Notes: generated by a model from the letters alone, not told the origin. DNA of 16,642 nucleotides from Hormoscilla sp. (GCA_051439505.1 JBFRWI010000140.1:1-16642); one strand, 5' to 3'. Shown: positions 1-9,903, counted from the first letter of the stretch. Made by a program: numbers and translations.

Positions 1-2
1 AG

Positions 3-707
3 GCTGCCCGATCGCGCCAATCCATGACAGTGGCGGCTCAACCGGTTCACGGGATAATGACTGGGGTACTGGATAAAGGTCATCGCGATCGCCTGAATCA
101 GTTCGATCTAGTCTGTCCAGACGGTCAACCGGTACGATGGGCACTGAACTTGCTGTATAAAACACGGCTATCCGATCGTGTTTATGGTCCAACGCTAATG
201 TTATATCTGTGTGATGGAGCCGCCACCAACAAGATTCCAATTTTTCTCTATGGTTCAACCCCACCAGTTCTGGAAAAATTGCAGCTGAACCTGAAACGAA
301 AATTTCCAAACTTAATCCTTGCCGGGGCGATATCTCCTCCATTCCGTCCTTTAACCCCAGAAGAAGATGCTGCATACATTCGAGAAATTCGCGAATCAGG
401 GGCTGGGATTGTATTTGTTGGTTTGGGATGTCCTCGTCAAGAAGCTTGGGCCTTCGATCATCACAATCAATTAGACTCTGCCTTGCTTTGTGTTGGTGCG
501 GCTTTTGATTTCCACGCCGGGAACATTCCCCAAGCGCCACCCTGGATGCAAAGGGCTGGTTTAGAATGGTTTTTCCGCCTGGGACTAGAACCTACTCGCC
601 TCTGGCAGCGATACTTATTGCTCAATCCCCTCTATTTGATGCTTCTGTTTCTCCAACTGATCAAATTATTTCCGCCTCAAAAGTGGACCGATTTAAAAAA
701 TGATTAA
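3..707 (+). CDS. WecB/TagA/CpsF-family glycosyltransferase (probably 5'-truncated by the window edge)
   Basis: Family motifs PDGQPVRW, RVYGPTLM, FVGLGCPRQE, VGAAFDF and APPWMQRAGLEWFFRL. The frame is open from position 3 (AARSRQSMT...), so the real start probably lies upstream of the ATG at 24. Confidence 0.9.
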   Translation, partial: AARSRQSMTVAAQPVHGIMTGVLDKGHRDRLNQFDLVCPDGQPVRWALNLLYKTRLSDRVYGPTLMLYLCDGAATNKIPIFLYGSTPPVLEKLQLNLKRKFPNLILAGAISPPFRPLTPEEDAAYIREIRESGAGIVFVGLGCPRQEAWAFDHHNQLDSALLCVGAAFDFHAGNIPQAPPWMQRAGLEWFFRLGLEPTRLWQRYLLLNPLYLMLLFLQLIKLFPPQKWTDLKND

Positions 708-710
708 ACT

Positions 711-2207
711 CTAGTATGCGCCTTCCTTACCCAAGACAACTTTAACTGTCCTCAGCAGAATCTGGAAATCAAGGGCTAGGGACCAGTTATTGATATAGGT
801 CATATCCAGTTTAAAGGCATCTTCAAAGTCCTGAATGTCCGATCGACCTGAAACCTGCCATAGCCCAGTAATCCCAGGTAAAACATTATGGCGTAAGAAA
901 TGGTGCTCGGAAAACCCCTCAACGTCCCGGAGTGGCAGCGGACGGGGACCTACCAGACTCATTTGACCGACGATCACGTTAATCACTTGGGGCAATTCAT
1001 CCAGACTGTAGCTGCGGAGAAACTTGCCAACTTTGGTGATGCGGGGGTCCTCTTTCATTTTGAACAGGACGCCACCTTTGACTTCATTCTTGGCTTCTAA
1101 TTCCTTCATGAGTTGATCGGCATTGACCACCATTGTGCGGAACTTCCACACCTTAAAATGCCGCCCCTTCAGACCGACACGGGTCTGTTTGTAAAAGATA
1201 GGTCCTGGAGAATCAAGTTTGATCGTTATAGCAATCAGCAAATAAAGGGGGCAGCCTAAGATTAAGATTAGTCCAGCCACGCTCAAGTCGAAGATACGCT
1301 TGAGCCAAAAGTCGCTGCCCACCAAAGCTGGAGGAGAGAAGATAATCGTCGGCATGCCGCCAATTATCTCAATTTTGGGGTTTTGATTGGGGATCTCCAA
1401 CCCGATCGGCAAGATTCTCAGCAGAATGCCACATGCTTTGAGACTCCAATACAATTCCATGGGATCCCCGATCGCCTGCCAGGAGCAAACAAAAACTTCA
1501 CCTACGCCCTGATTGTAAATCTGTTCCAGGGTTTCCGGCCAGTGATCGCGACCTTCTGGTGAAGATAAATCCACATGGGCAAAAATCTCGAATTCTTTCT
1601 TACTGACCAACCGCAGGATAAGTTCCCCCTTCTCCGTATCCTGGGGACGACCAACCAGGATAATTTTGCGAGTGACTCTACCCTGATGACGGAGGCTGGT
1701 GATTATAGCTTCCACCACTAGGCGTCCTGTCAAGACAAAGATGAGACTAAACAGCCATGCCAGCAAGAAAGTTGAACGGGAAACAATTAAACCGGGCTGG
1801 TAGAGAAAAGCTATTAGTACCAGCAGAATTTGAGCCAGGGTGAGGGACTCGATCAGCCGTCCGAATTGGCGACGACTGCTGCGATCGCCATATAGTCCTG
1901 CCGCTGCCACAGTTCCTAGTGTCATCACTAATATCGGCAGCAAGAACCCTGGCTGTCCGGGAGTACTCACCAGTAGATGAAATGACTTAACACTCTTGAA
2001 CCAATCTACTTTCTCCACCGCAACTTTTGCCATTTTCCAGCTCAGAGACACGCTAGCGCCATCCAGCGCCATAAAAGCCATAGTACGAAGCCAGCCTATA
2101 ACCAGACCGCGACGCAGACCCAAAATAGTGGCAACACGTAAGTCATGCCCCTCAGAGTCTCTCTTGCTGGGCCTATACTTCTTTGGATCCGGTCGATTAT
2201 CAAACAT
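711..2207 (-). CDS. Priming sugar transferase / polyprenyl glycosylphosphotransferase (WcaJ/CpsE/WbaP-like)
   Basis: Several N-terminal hydrophobic segments followed by a bacterial sugar transferase domain: KRIFD, FKVWKFRTM, DPRITKVGKFLR, SLDELPQ, MSLVGPRP, PGITGLWQVSGRS. Confidence 0.92.
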   Translation of the reverse strand: MFDNRPDPKKYRPSKRDSEGHDLRVATILGLRRGLVIGWLRTMAFMALDGASVSLSWKMAKVAVEKVDWFKSVKSFHLLVSTPGQPGFLLPILVMTLGTVAAAGLYGDRSSRRQFGRLIESLTLAQILLVLIAFLYQPGLIVSRSTFLLAWLFSLIFVLTGRLVVEAIITSLRHQGRVTRKIILVGRPQDTEKGELILRLVSKKEFEIFAHVDLSSPEGRDHWPETLEQIYNQGVGEVFVCSWQAIGDPMELYWSLKACGILLRILPIGLEIPNQNPKIEIIGGMPTIIFSPPALVGSDFWLKRIFDLSVAGLILILGCPLYLLIAITIKLDSPGPIFYKQTRVGLKGRHFKVWKFRTMVVNADQLMKELEAKNEVKGGVLFKMKEDPRITKVGKFLRSYSLDELPQVINVIVGQMSLVGPRPLPLRDVEGFSEHHFLRHNVLPGITGLWQVSGRSDIQDFEDAFKLDMTYINNWSLALDFQILLRTVKVVLGKEGAY

Positions 2208-2527
2208 TTTCTTATATTTGTTTATGCTTCACATCTGCTGCTGAACTAGAGCCCACAGCCCACAGCACATAGCTTGCAGATAGTGCTGTCAACTGAAGCG
2301 ATAATACAAGCAGCTTTCATCTACACTATACCTTTTTCCTTTTTCTCCGGGTAAAGGCAACGGTCCGATTTTGCTCTGCGATCATCTAATCAGATTACCG
2401 ATTATTTGTCAATCTATAATTATGCTGAAATTTAGGGGCAAGTCATGGTGTAAAACTCTGTTAGCTTGTCTGAATAATATATGATAGCAGCTAGACCTAA
2501 ATATTCTTTTCCGGCATAATAATTGCT

Positions 2528-2558
2528 CTTGGCTGAGGGGGACTACCCCTCGGCCAGG
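2528..2558. promoter_or_regulatory. Inverted repeat with core GAGGGG-GACTA-CCCCTC (2535-2551); candidate HetR-binding site or RNA hairpin
   Basis: Perfect 6-bp arms with a 5-nt spacer, extendable to about 13 bp using two G-T pairs. Fits GGG-N5-CCC. Confidence 0.45.
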
Positions 2559-2757
2559 CTTCCCAAATTCCAGGCTGAGCAGAGTTCTATGTTTGTAACT
2601 ACTGGAGTGATGCATAGAGAGGAAAACTAAATCTTTTCTCCAGCCCGATCGCCCTACTTTCACAGACTATGATAAAATTTATTTTCACATCACAACAATC
2701 TGTCAGTATAGTAACTTTTATCCCATAAACCCGCTCCATATAGATCGTAAATAATTC

Positions 2758-3483
2758 TTAATCAGATTGCAAATATATCTCCCTAATATCAGCAGGCAAG
2801 GTATCTAAGAGCAGTTGATAACCCTCAATAAGCTGCATTTTAACATTAGCTGGAGAAATCATCTCTCCTTCTGCTTGCAGATAGGCAGAGATCCGGGTTT
2901 CGCTCCAGTGGAAGGTCTGAGCCATCAAAATTATTAACCGCATCCCTGGCGGCACTTGCTCTAATGCCTGCTCAAGATAACACCACAGAGGCGGCGATGC
3001 TTCTTCCAGGGAATAATATATGGACTCAACTGGTGGGAGTTCAAAGCGGTTAATACAGATAGCTGTGATGTCGATCAGCCAATTTTGTAGAGTTAAAGTA
3101 TCTGTCGATAACTGTGCGATAGGATCCCTAGACGTAAGTTTATTACTCCCAGCATCATGGTACCGGAGGTAACTTTCTTGCGGTGTGACCACCTTATTCT
3201 CAGATATTCTATCAGGTCGTGACACTGCCCGCAAATCCAAGCCACGCAGTTCGTGAAATATGTGACGCCACGTAAGGGCAAATAGATAGTCTGCCTGCAC
3301 TGGCGATCGCGCCGATTGACTAATCAACGTATAAACGATCGGATAGTAGCGACAGAAAATTGCCGTGAAGTACCGACCGCATTCCGGATGAAGCTGGAAC
3401 AAGGTCAGCAATTCGCGATCGCTGTGATTAAACAGCGACTTAATAATTGTGTGATTGCATTCAGGAAACTCAGGCAGTTGCAT
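2758..3483 (-). CDS. Conserved cyanobacterial sigma-70-family-like (ECF-like fold) protein
   Basis: 241-aa ORF with family-like segments SDRELLTLFQ, YFTAIFCRY, SPVQADYLFALTWRHI, LQNWL and SPPLWCYLEQAL, plus a region-4-like C-terminus (RLIILMAQTFHWSETRISAYL). Co-oriented directly downstream of sigC. Confidence 0.65.
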   Translation of the reverse strand: MQLPEFPECNHTIIKSLFNHSDRELLTLFQLHPECGRYFTAIFCRYYPIVYTLISQSARSPVQADYLFALTWRHIFHELRGLDLRAVSRPDRISENKVVTPQESYLRYHDAGSNKLTSRDPIAQLSTDTLTLQNWLIDITAICINRFELPPVESIYYSLEEASPPLWCYLEQALEQVPPGMRLIILMAQTFHWSETRISAYLQAEGEMISPANVKMQLIEGYQLLLDTLPADIREIYLQSD

Positions 3484-3541
3484 GATTACTTACTTGATTT
3501 AAAACTGCTAGCATTTCAGATTTTTAACTATCATCCATCTT

Positions 3542-3562
3542 ATCAAACATCAAACATCAAAC
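3542..3562 (+). repeat. Short tandem heptamer (ATCAAAC)x3
   Basis: Read directly in the sigC / sigma-like intergenic region; STRR-type cyanobacterial repeat. Confidence 0.75.
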
Positions 3563-3602
3563 AGCAATTAATCGAGGCAACTGATAAATTACAACGGCGA
3601 TT

Positions 3603-4883
3603 TTAAGTAAGAGAATCCAAATAGTCGCGAATGCGACTGCGACGTTTAGGTTGACGCAATTTCTGTAACGCCTTAGCTTCAATTTGACGCACTCGTTCTC
3701 TTGATATATCTAAAGCCCGTCCAACTTCAGATAAAGAGTAAGGATGACCATCTCCCAAACCAAACCGCATCTGAATTACATCCCGTTCGCGACTGGTTAA
3801 ATCAGCCAGCAGTTTCTGCAAGTCCCGGTATAATGATTCTCGCATCAACTGCTCCTCTGGAGACAGGCTATCTGTTTCCAGCAAATCACCCAGTTCCGTG
3901 TCCTTTTCCTTCCCAACTTTAGTTTCTAAGGAAACAGAACGCGGCACTCGCAAGAGGATCTCCCGCACTTGAGATGGAGTCATCTCCAGTTCAATGGCAA
4001 TATCTTCAATTGTGGGAATGCGACCTTTTTCCTGAGAAATTTTCCGCCGTGCTTTTTTGATTTTGTTCAGCTTTTCGGTAATGTGAACTGGTAGGCGAAT
4101 CGTGCGGCTTTGAGTTGCGATCGCCCGGGTCATTCCCTGACGAATCCACCAGTAGGCATAGGTGCTAAATCGATAACCCTTCGTGGGGTCAAATTTTTCC
4201 ACCGCCCGTTCTAACCCCAGAGTTCCTTCTTGGACTAGATCCAGCAGTTCTAAGCCACGATTTTGATATTTTTTAGCAATAGACACTACCAGACGCAAAT
4301 TAGCCTCGATCATGTGAGCTTTAGCTTTTATCCCTTCCGCCTGAATGCGATCGAGTTCTTTACCATTTAATCGGGCTAACTCTGCCCATTGTTGCTTACC
4401 AGCTCTAATTATCGGTTTAATTTCCGAAACCTTGACACCAGCGCTTTCTGCCCACCGTTCCAAAGCTGGACGATGTCCCAATTGAGCTGTCAGGCGATCG
4501 CGAACCTCTATCAACTGCAAATAATACCCAATTGGTCCGGACCGATCCTTATAAGACTGGCGCAGTTCTAACAATTGCATGTAACACTGGACTTTTTGCG
4601 CTAATGATACTTCTTCCTCTTTCTCTAACAAACTCACCCGACCAATTTCCTGGAGATATAAGCGTACCAGGTCAGTAGTGCGACGGTTGCCAATCTTCTG
4701 TAGCGTTGGAGCAAGTTCTTGCTCTGCCAGATAGGCCAAATCTTCCATTGTTGGTTCCAAATCCTCATCCTGCATCAAGGGAGACCTGTCTTGGGATACA
4801 GCAGCGGCAGGCAGTTGATAGCCTCGTGCAGGCTGCTCATCGTAAGAGGCATCAATGTCAGGTTGGTTAGGCGGCGCGATCAT
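3603..4883 (-). CDS. sigC: Group 2 RNA polymerase sigma factor SigC
   Basis: Region 1.2 RRTTDLVRLYLQEIGRV, LGHRPALERWA, region 2 ANLRLVVSIAKKYQNRGLELLDLVQEG, FSTYAYWWIRQG, LLRVPRSVSLETKVGKEKDTELG and region 4 SRERVRQIE are typical of cyanobacterial SigC. The ATG at 4883 is preferred over the ORF-track TTG at 4907. Confidence 0.9.
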   Translation of the reverse strand: MIAPPNQPDIDASYDEQPARGYQLPAAAVSQDRSPLMQDEDLEPTMEDLAYLAEQELAPTLQKIGNRRTTDLVRLYLQEIGRVSLLEKEEEVSLAQKVQCYMQLLELRQSYKDRSGPIGYYLQLIEVRDRLTAQLGHRPALERWAESAGVKVSEIKPIIRAGKQQWAELARLNGKELDRIQAEGIKAKAHMIEANLRLVVSIAKKYQNRGLELLDLVQEGTLGLERAVEKFDPTKGYRFSTYAYWWIRQGMTRAIATQSRTIRLPVHITEKLNKIKKARRKISQEKGRIPTIEDIAIELEMTPSQVREILLRVPRSVSLETKVGKEKDTELGDLLETDSLSPEEQLMRESLYRDLQKLLADLTSRERDVIQMRFGLGDGHPYSLSEVGRALDISRERVRQIEAKALQKLRQPKRRSRIRDYLDSLT

Positions 4884-5293
4884 TGTCTCTTCTGCTCCAG
4901 ATAACAAAAAGGTGAGGGACGCTTAAAAACGTAACGTAAATATTATTTTTTCCGGTAATATAGCGGAATATTTCCACCATTTAACAGAATAGCTACAGCT
5001 CTTTAAGGTTTTGTCTACTTACTATAAAGCTGTTGACTAACTCTGCTAAAAGTTGATAATCTCAAAATAATTATCAACTCCAAAATCAGAGTGACAATGT
5101 CTATCTTGAGGTCGTGAATTGGCAAACTTTGCTGACCTGATGATGCCAGAGCACTTTCTCTTCCTAGTTATGGAATTTTCGCTAACTCCCCATTCCTTAT
5201 TTAATAGGTTGGCAGAGCGAAGAGAGCGGCTAGAGAACACCTAAATCATCAAACATTGCCTTCCGCTAAAGCGATATAAGGCTGCGCTTATAC

Positions 5294-5318
5294 AACTAAC
5301 TATAGAGAGTAGTTAGTT
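5294..5318. promoter_or_regulatory. Palindrome AACTAACTA-N7-TAGTTAGTT in the sigC upstream region
   Basis: Perfect 9-bp inverted arms (5294-5302 / 5310-5318). Confidence 0.35.
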
Positions 5319-5642
5319 TCACCAGAGTGATGCTAGTCAGATACTAGGTTAATTAACGTCACCTAAGGGCCCCGTTCGCGATCATTTTCCCAATAACCAC
5401 AATAGCTTCCCATCTAGTCAATTCCCTCTCCATCTGCGGATTGTGGTGAGGATATGGTATTCTACCCGGGCATGAATGGCATAGCGATTCCGATCGCCAT
5501 GTTCTCAGAAACACCGGCGATCGCTCTCCCGATCGCTCACGATCGGTGGTTAGTAATTAGTCTGTAAAGAACAACCTGCAACTGACAGCCGACAACTCTC
5601 CAGCAGCAGCTTTGCTTGTAATGGAGAATAGATCTGAACCAA

Positions 5643-6539
5643 TCACACCCCGTCAGTCACTATTGGAGGACGCCGGGGATAACGATCCATCAAGGATCTC
5701 ACTTGTCCGGCATGATAAGAACTGCGAGTGAGGGGAGAGGAGATGACTTGCAGAAATCCCCAAGATTCTCCCAGTTCTCTCCAAGCGTCAAACTCCGCCG
5801 GCGTGACAAACCTCTCGATTTTCAGATGCTTTTGGCTGGGTTGGAGATATTGTCCAATAGTCAAGATATCGCAGTGGACCTCTCGCAAATCCTGCATTAC
5901 TTCCCGAATTTCTGCTGCGCTTTCTCCTAACCCCACCATCAAGCCTGACTTACTGTATACCCAAGGGGCTAACTGACGCGCTAGCCGCAGCAATTCCAAA
6001 CTCCGCTGATAATTACCTTGCGGACGTACCTGCCGATACAGTCTAGGAACGGTTTCTATATTGTGATTGAGCACTTCTGGCTGTGCTTGTAAAATTACCT
6101 CTAGTGCCTCCCAATTCCCGCAAAGGTCTGGAATCAACACTTCGACGGTTGTTTGAGGCATGATGGCGCGAACAGCTTCTATACAGCGCACAAATTGGGA
6201 CGCACCGCCATCGGGTAAATCATCCCTATTCACCGACGTAATCACTACATGATTTAATTTTAGCTGGCTGACTGCTGTAGCGACCCTCTCTGGTTCCTTT
6301 GGATCTAAGGGTTTCGGCTTTTTCTCGAATTCAATATCACAGTAGGGACAAGCCCGAGTACATGCCGGTCCCATAATCAAAAATGTTGCTGTCCCAGCAG
6401 CGAAGCACTCACCGATATTCGGGCAAGATGCCTCTTGACATACCGTATTGAGCCCCAAATCCTTTAAGATTTCGTCAACTTTGCCGATGCGCTCCCATTG
6501 AGGCGCTTTTACACGCAACCATTCTGGCTTCACAGTCAC
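5643..6539 (-). CDS. lipA: Lipoyl synthase (radical SAM)
   Basis: KPEWLRVK N-terminus, auxiliary-cluster motif CX4CX5C ([12 protein letters not shown]), radical SAM CX3CX2C (CTRACPYC), TIGQYLQP and RSSYHA. GTG start. Confidence 0.96.
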   Translation of the reverse strand: MTVKPEWLRVKAPQWERIGKVDEILKDLGLNTVCQEASCPNIGECFAAGTATFLIMGPACTRACPYCDIEFEKKPKPLDPKEPERVATAVSQLKLNHVVITSVNRDDLPDGGASQFVRCIEAVRAIMPQTTVEVLIPDLCGNWEALEVILQAQPEVLNHNIETVPRLYRQVRPQGNYQRSLELLRLARQLAPWVYSKSGLMVGLGESAAEIREVMQDLREVHCDILTIGQYLQPSQKHLKIERFVTPAEFDAWRELGESWGFLQVISSPLTRSSYHAGQVRSLMDRYPRRPPIVTDGV

Positions 6540-6682
6540 AGCCCGATCTTACCCCCTTTATCTGATAGCATAATCGCCCGCAAGCACTTCGTTAGCGAGC
6601 CCAGGCAGTGGCTGAAAAAAACTGATTTTTTTCCCCACTCCCACAGATCCTATGATATGATATATTTATTGGTAGTTAACTG

Positions 6683-6756
6683 CGGGATGTAGCGCAGTTT
6701 GGTAGCGCACCTCGTTCGGGACGAGGGAGTCGCAGGTTCAAATCCTGTCATCCCGA
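6683..6756 (+). tRNA. trnP: tRNA-Pro (anticodon CGG)
   Basis: Acceptor stem CGGGATG/CATCCCG, D-arm GCGC..GCGC, anticodon stem CCTCG/CGAGG with loop TT-CGG-GA (anticodon 6717-6719), T-loop GGTTCAAATCC. CCA is not encoded. TATGAT -10-like hexamers lie upstream at 6651-6661. Confidence 0.97.
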
Positions 6757-6768
6757 TATCTCCGCATC

Positions 6769-6813
6769 CGATCGCCCCTGAGAGCGTACAGTCCCAGGGG
6801 CGATCGCCCTTTT
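6769..6813 (+). terminator. Probable intrinsic terminator after tRNA-Pro
   Basis: 12-bp perfect inverted repeat CGATCGCCCCTG (6769-6780) / CAGGGGCGATCG (6795-6806) followed by CCCTTTT. Confidence 0.6.
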
Positions 6814-6975
6814 GACATCTGCTGCTAAACTGATGCTGGACGCTCAGATTAACACCGGCACTTACCCGAGCGCGAATAATCCCATAGAGAGTTATCAGAC
6901 TCTGTTGGTGGTGGTAAAAATGTCATGATTTCGCTCGGGCCATGCTTGTTGCCGTTGCCCCTCGCCACACATTAA

Positions 6976-7022
6976 TGACAACTGACAACTGACAACTGAC
7001 AACTGACAACTGACAACTGACA
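6976..7022 (+). repeat. STRR-type heptamer array (TGACAAC)x6 plus a partial copy, just downstream of the hetR stop
   Basis: Read directly. Confidence 0.92.
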
Positions 7023-7033
7023 GATGAATTCAT

Positions 7034-7957
<924 letters not shown>

Positions 7958-8025
7958 TTACAATAATTACAGATTTTGGTATGCCGGAGAGCATGCAACT
8001 CCAGCGCCGTGCGGTTTGCTGTCGC

Positions 8026-8036
8026 GGGTATTTCCC
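8026..8036. promoter_or_regulatory. GGG-TATTT-CCC, candidate HetR box about 93 bp upstream of the hetR start
   Basis: Matches the GGG-N5-CCC HetR consensus. The motif is short, so a chance occurrence is possible. Confidence 0.35.
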
Positions 8037-8398
8037 AAAACGGTATAACACTGCTGTCCTGTTACTATCTTAGCCTTTGGATAGCAATTTTTGTCAGGGT
8101 TGGCCAGTAAATAGTTCTCACGATTGTAGCTTTGCTGGCTTTTATTGTGGATCAACTCGGGGATGATAGTTGTCAGTTGTCATTAGCTATATCTGCCGGT
8201 CACCGATGAAACGCTTTCGTGGCTTAGTTATCATCGGTGTCGTTGTGCAACGCCAATTTTTCCGCTACCGGTGAAGCTAAGATAGGGTTTTTCATCGGAA
8301 AGAGGCGGGAATCCATCGCTAGATAGATCCCACCTCGGAAATCTTATTTAAGTAGCCATCAAAGCAAATATTGTTGCTAGATGGCCCATTGCGTTAAT

Positions 8399-8707
8399 TC
8401 AGGCTTGGGAAATGAGGATGTTCGTGCATCCGAGGAAACTTTTCTCTAACCGTCCACTACCACGATGAACGAATTTAGTTATGACTTTTACTTTCGACTT
8501 TGAGGTGCTAAACTGACTACAGCGTCCACTCCCCCGAGGATCGTTATCCCGATCGCCCCCCAGGAGATTCCGTGATTCTTTGGAGAATAATTGTCTGGAC
8601 CTGCTAGATTTTAAGCAGTTAGTTGAGATCTGTTTCAGACACAGTTTACTAACCAAGAGGGAAACATATAGCAAGCTTGTTAAGGTGACAGCAGTGTGAA
8701 TAAGCAT
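8399..8707 (-). CDS. patX: PatX-like RGSGR-containing protein (PatS/HetN-type HetR inhibitor) with two RGSGR motifs
   Basis: Hydrophobic N-terminus (LIHTAVTLTSLLYVSLLVS). PRGSGR has its RGSGR at aa 58-62 (nt 8522-8536) and HRGSGR at aa 82-86 (nt 8450-8464). It lies directly upstream of hetR on the same strand. Confidence 0.8.
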   Translation of the reverse strand: MLIHTAVTLTSLLYVSLLVSKLCLKQISTNCLKSSRSRQLFSKESRNLLGGDRDNDPRGSGRCSQFSTSKSKVKVITKFVHRGSGRLEKSFLGCTNILISQA

Positions 8708-8844
8708 GGGAAAAATCGGCTTTTGAAGTTACTAATCCCCTCTTCGGATGTCTCCCAAGCCGATCAGGATAAATTTTTCGCTGCTTTACTGCGGCACGAC
8801 AAAATTATCGCACCCCCTCTTTAACGCCCATATCTATTTCAATG

Positions 8845-9244
8845 ATGGCGATCGCACAGTGGGTTAGCAACTCCCCAAATTCCGACACTCAGATTTGCCC
8901 ATGCCTCGGCGATCGCCGGTACCATCTGGTTTGTTTCTACCATCAATGGCGAGCGCACATTGGGTTAGTTAGCTACACTCGCCCATGCCTCGGCTAGCGC
9001 CGGTACCTACTCGAAGGTTTCTACCATCAATGGCGAGCGCACATTGGGTTAGTTAGCTACACTCGCCCATGCCTCGGCGATCGCCGGTACCTACTCGAAG
9101 GTTTCTACCATCAATGGCGAGCGGACAGTGGGTTAGCTACACTCGCCCATGCCTCGGCTAGCGCCGGTACCATCTGGTTTGTTTCTACCATCAATGGCGA
9201 TCGGACAGTGGGTTAGCAGTTCCTACACTGAGATTTTCCCATGC
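8845..9244. repeat. Tandem array of 80-84-bp units (4 units plus degenerate flanks)
   Basis: Units start GCCCATGCCTCGGC at 8897, 8981, 9065 and 9145 (84, 84 and 80 bp spacing). Segment 8845-8904 resembles 9194-9244. Confidence 0.93.
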
Positions 9245-9476
9245 TTCTGTTATCACCGGCAGCTATATATCCTCAAGTTGCGATCCACATCTTATGACCG
9301 GCAGCTTTTCTATATATTCCGAGCGCATACACCGGCGGTTAGTCGATCGCTATAGCTATATCCGCCCTAGGCAAGGGCATTATACCTTAATTTTGACTTT
9401 TTTCGCTAAATAACAGATTTTATTCCAAAATTTGGGGAGAAGCGTTAAGAAATGTAACAATATTGCCGTCAAAGAG

Positions 9477-9516
9477 TCTTGACATCTTGACAGTAGGAGG
9501 GTAGATTGGGTAGAGT
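9477..9516 (+). promoter_or_regulatory. Two overlapping sigma70-type promoters for the RHH-ycf46-ycf35 operon
   Basis: TTGACA (9479-9484)-17 bp-TAGATT (9502-9507) and TTGACA (9487-9492)-18 bp-TAGAGT (9511-9516). The two -35 boxes form a direct repeat (TCTTGACA)x2. Confidence 0.6.
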
Positions 9517-9552
9517 AGTAAAAGATATCCGGGAAGGACGACTGAGAGTTAT

Positions 9553-9903
9553 ATGCAAGAGAAGCAAAAAGTAACGTTGTACATTCCACCAGAACTCCAT
9601 CGTCGGCTCAAAATCAAGGCGGCAGTCGATTCTGAACCAATGTCAGCGATTGTAGAACGAGCAGTCGTTCTTTACCTGGAGCATCCAGAAATCAGGGAAC
9701 TTCCCTCCACTTCCTACGGACAGACTCATAAAGTCCATAACTGTCCGGACTGCAACAGTTCCCTAGTGATGAAAGATGGAGAACTGGCTTCTCTGAAAGG
9801 TCAAGCAACAATGTTGCCAGAAGAGAAGTTGCAAGTATTGCGGGTGCCATCTGTTAAAGGTAGTACAGAATCACCAGGAGAGGAAGAATTAGTGCCGTGC
9901 TAA
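9553..9903 (+). CDS. Conserved cyanobacterial ribbon-helix-helix-like protein with a C-terminal HxCPxC motif, first gene of the ycf46 operon
   Basis: QKVTLYIPPELHRRLKIKAA..MSAIVERAV fits an RHH beta-alpha-alpha pattern; YGQTHKVHNCPDC; ends EELVPC. Adjacent to ycf46. Confidence 0.75.
   Translation: MQEKQKVTLYIPPELHRRLKIKAAVDSEPMSAIVERAVVLYLEHPEIRELPSTSYGQTHKVHNCPDCNSSLVMKDGELASLKGQATMLPEEKLQVLRVPSVKGSTESPGEEELVPC

Noticed and set aside
2409..2663. 84-aa ORF upstream of the sugar transferase (also 5046-5240, 7967-8155, 12254-12436)
   Set aside because: Non-ATG or weak starts, atypical composition and no recognisable homology; more likely regulatory DNA.
6683..6756. tRNA-Pro as an integration (att) site of a genomic island
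   Set aside because: No integrase and no duplicated tRNA 3' end were seen in the window.
8845..9244. CRISPR array
   Set aside because: There are no unique spacers; variable blocks are 10 nt or shorter and recur; no cas genes are present.
9149..9355. 68-aa ORF starting in the 84-bp array
   Set aside because: It is repeat-derived; equivalent frames in the other units hit stops or shift frame.
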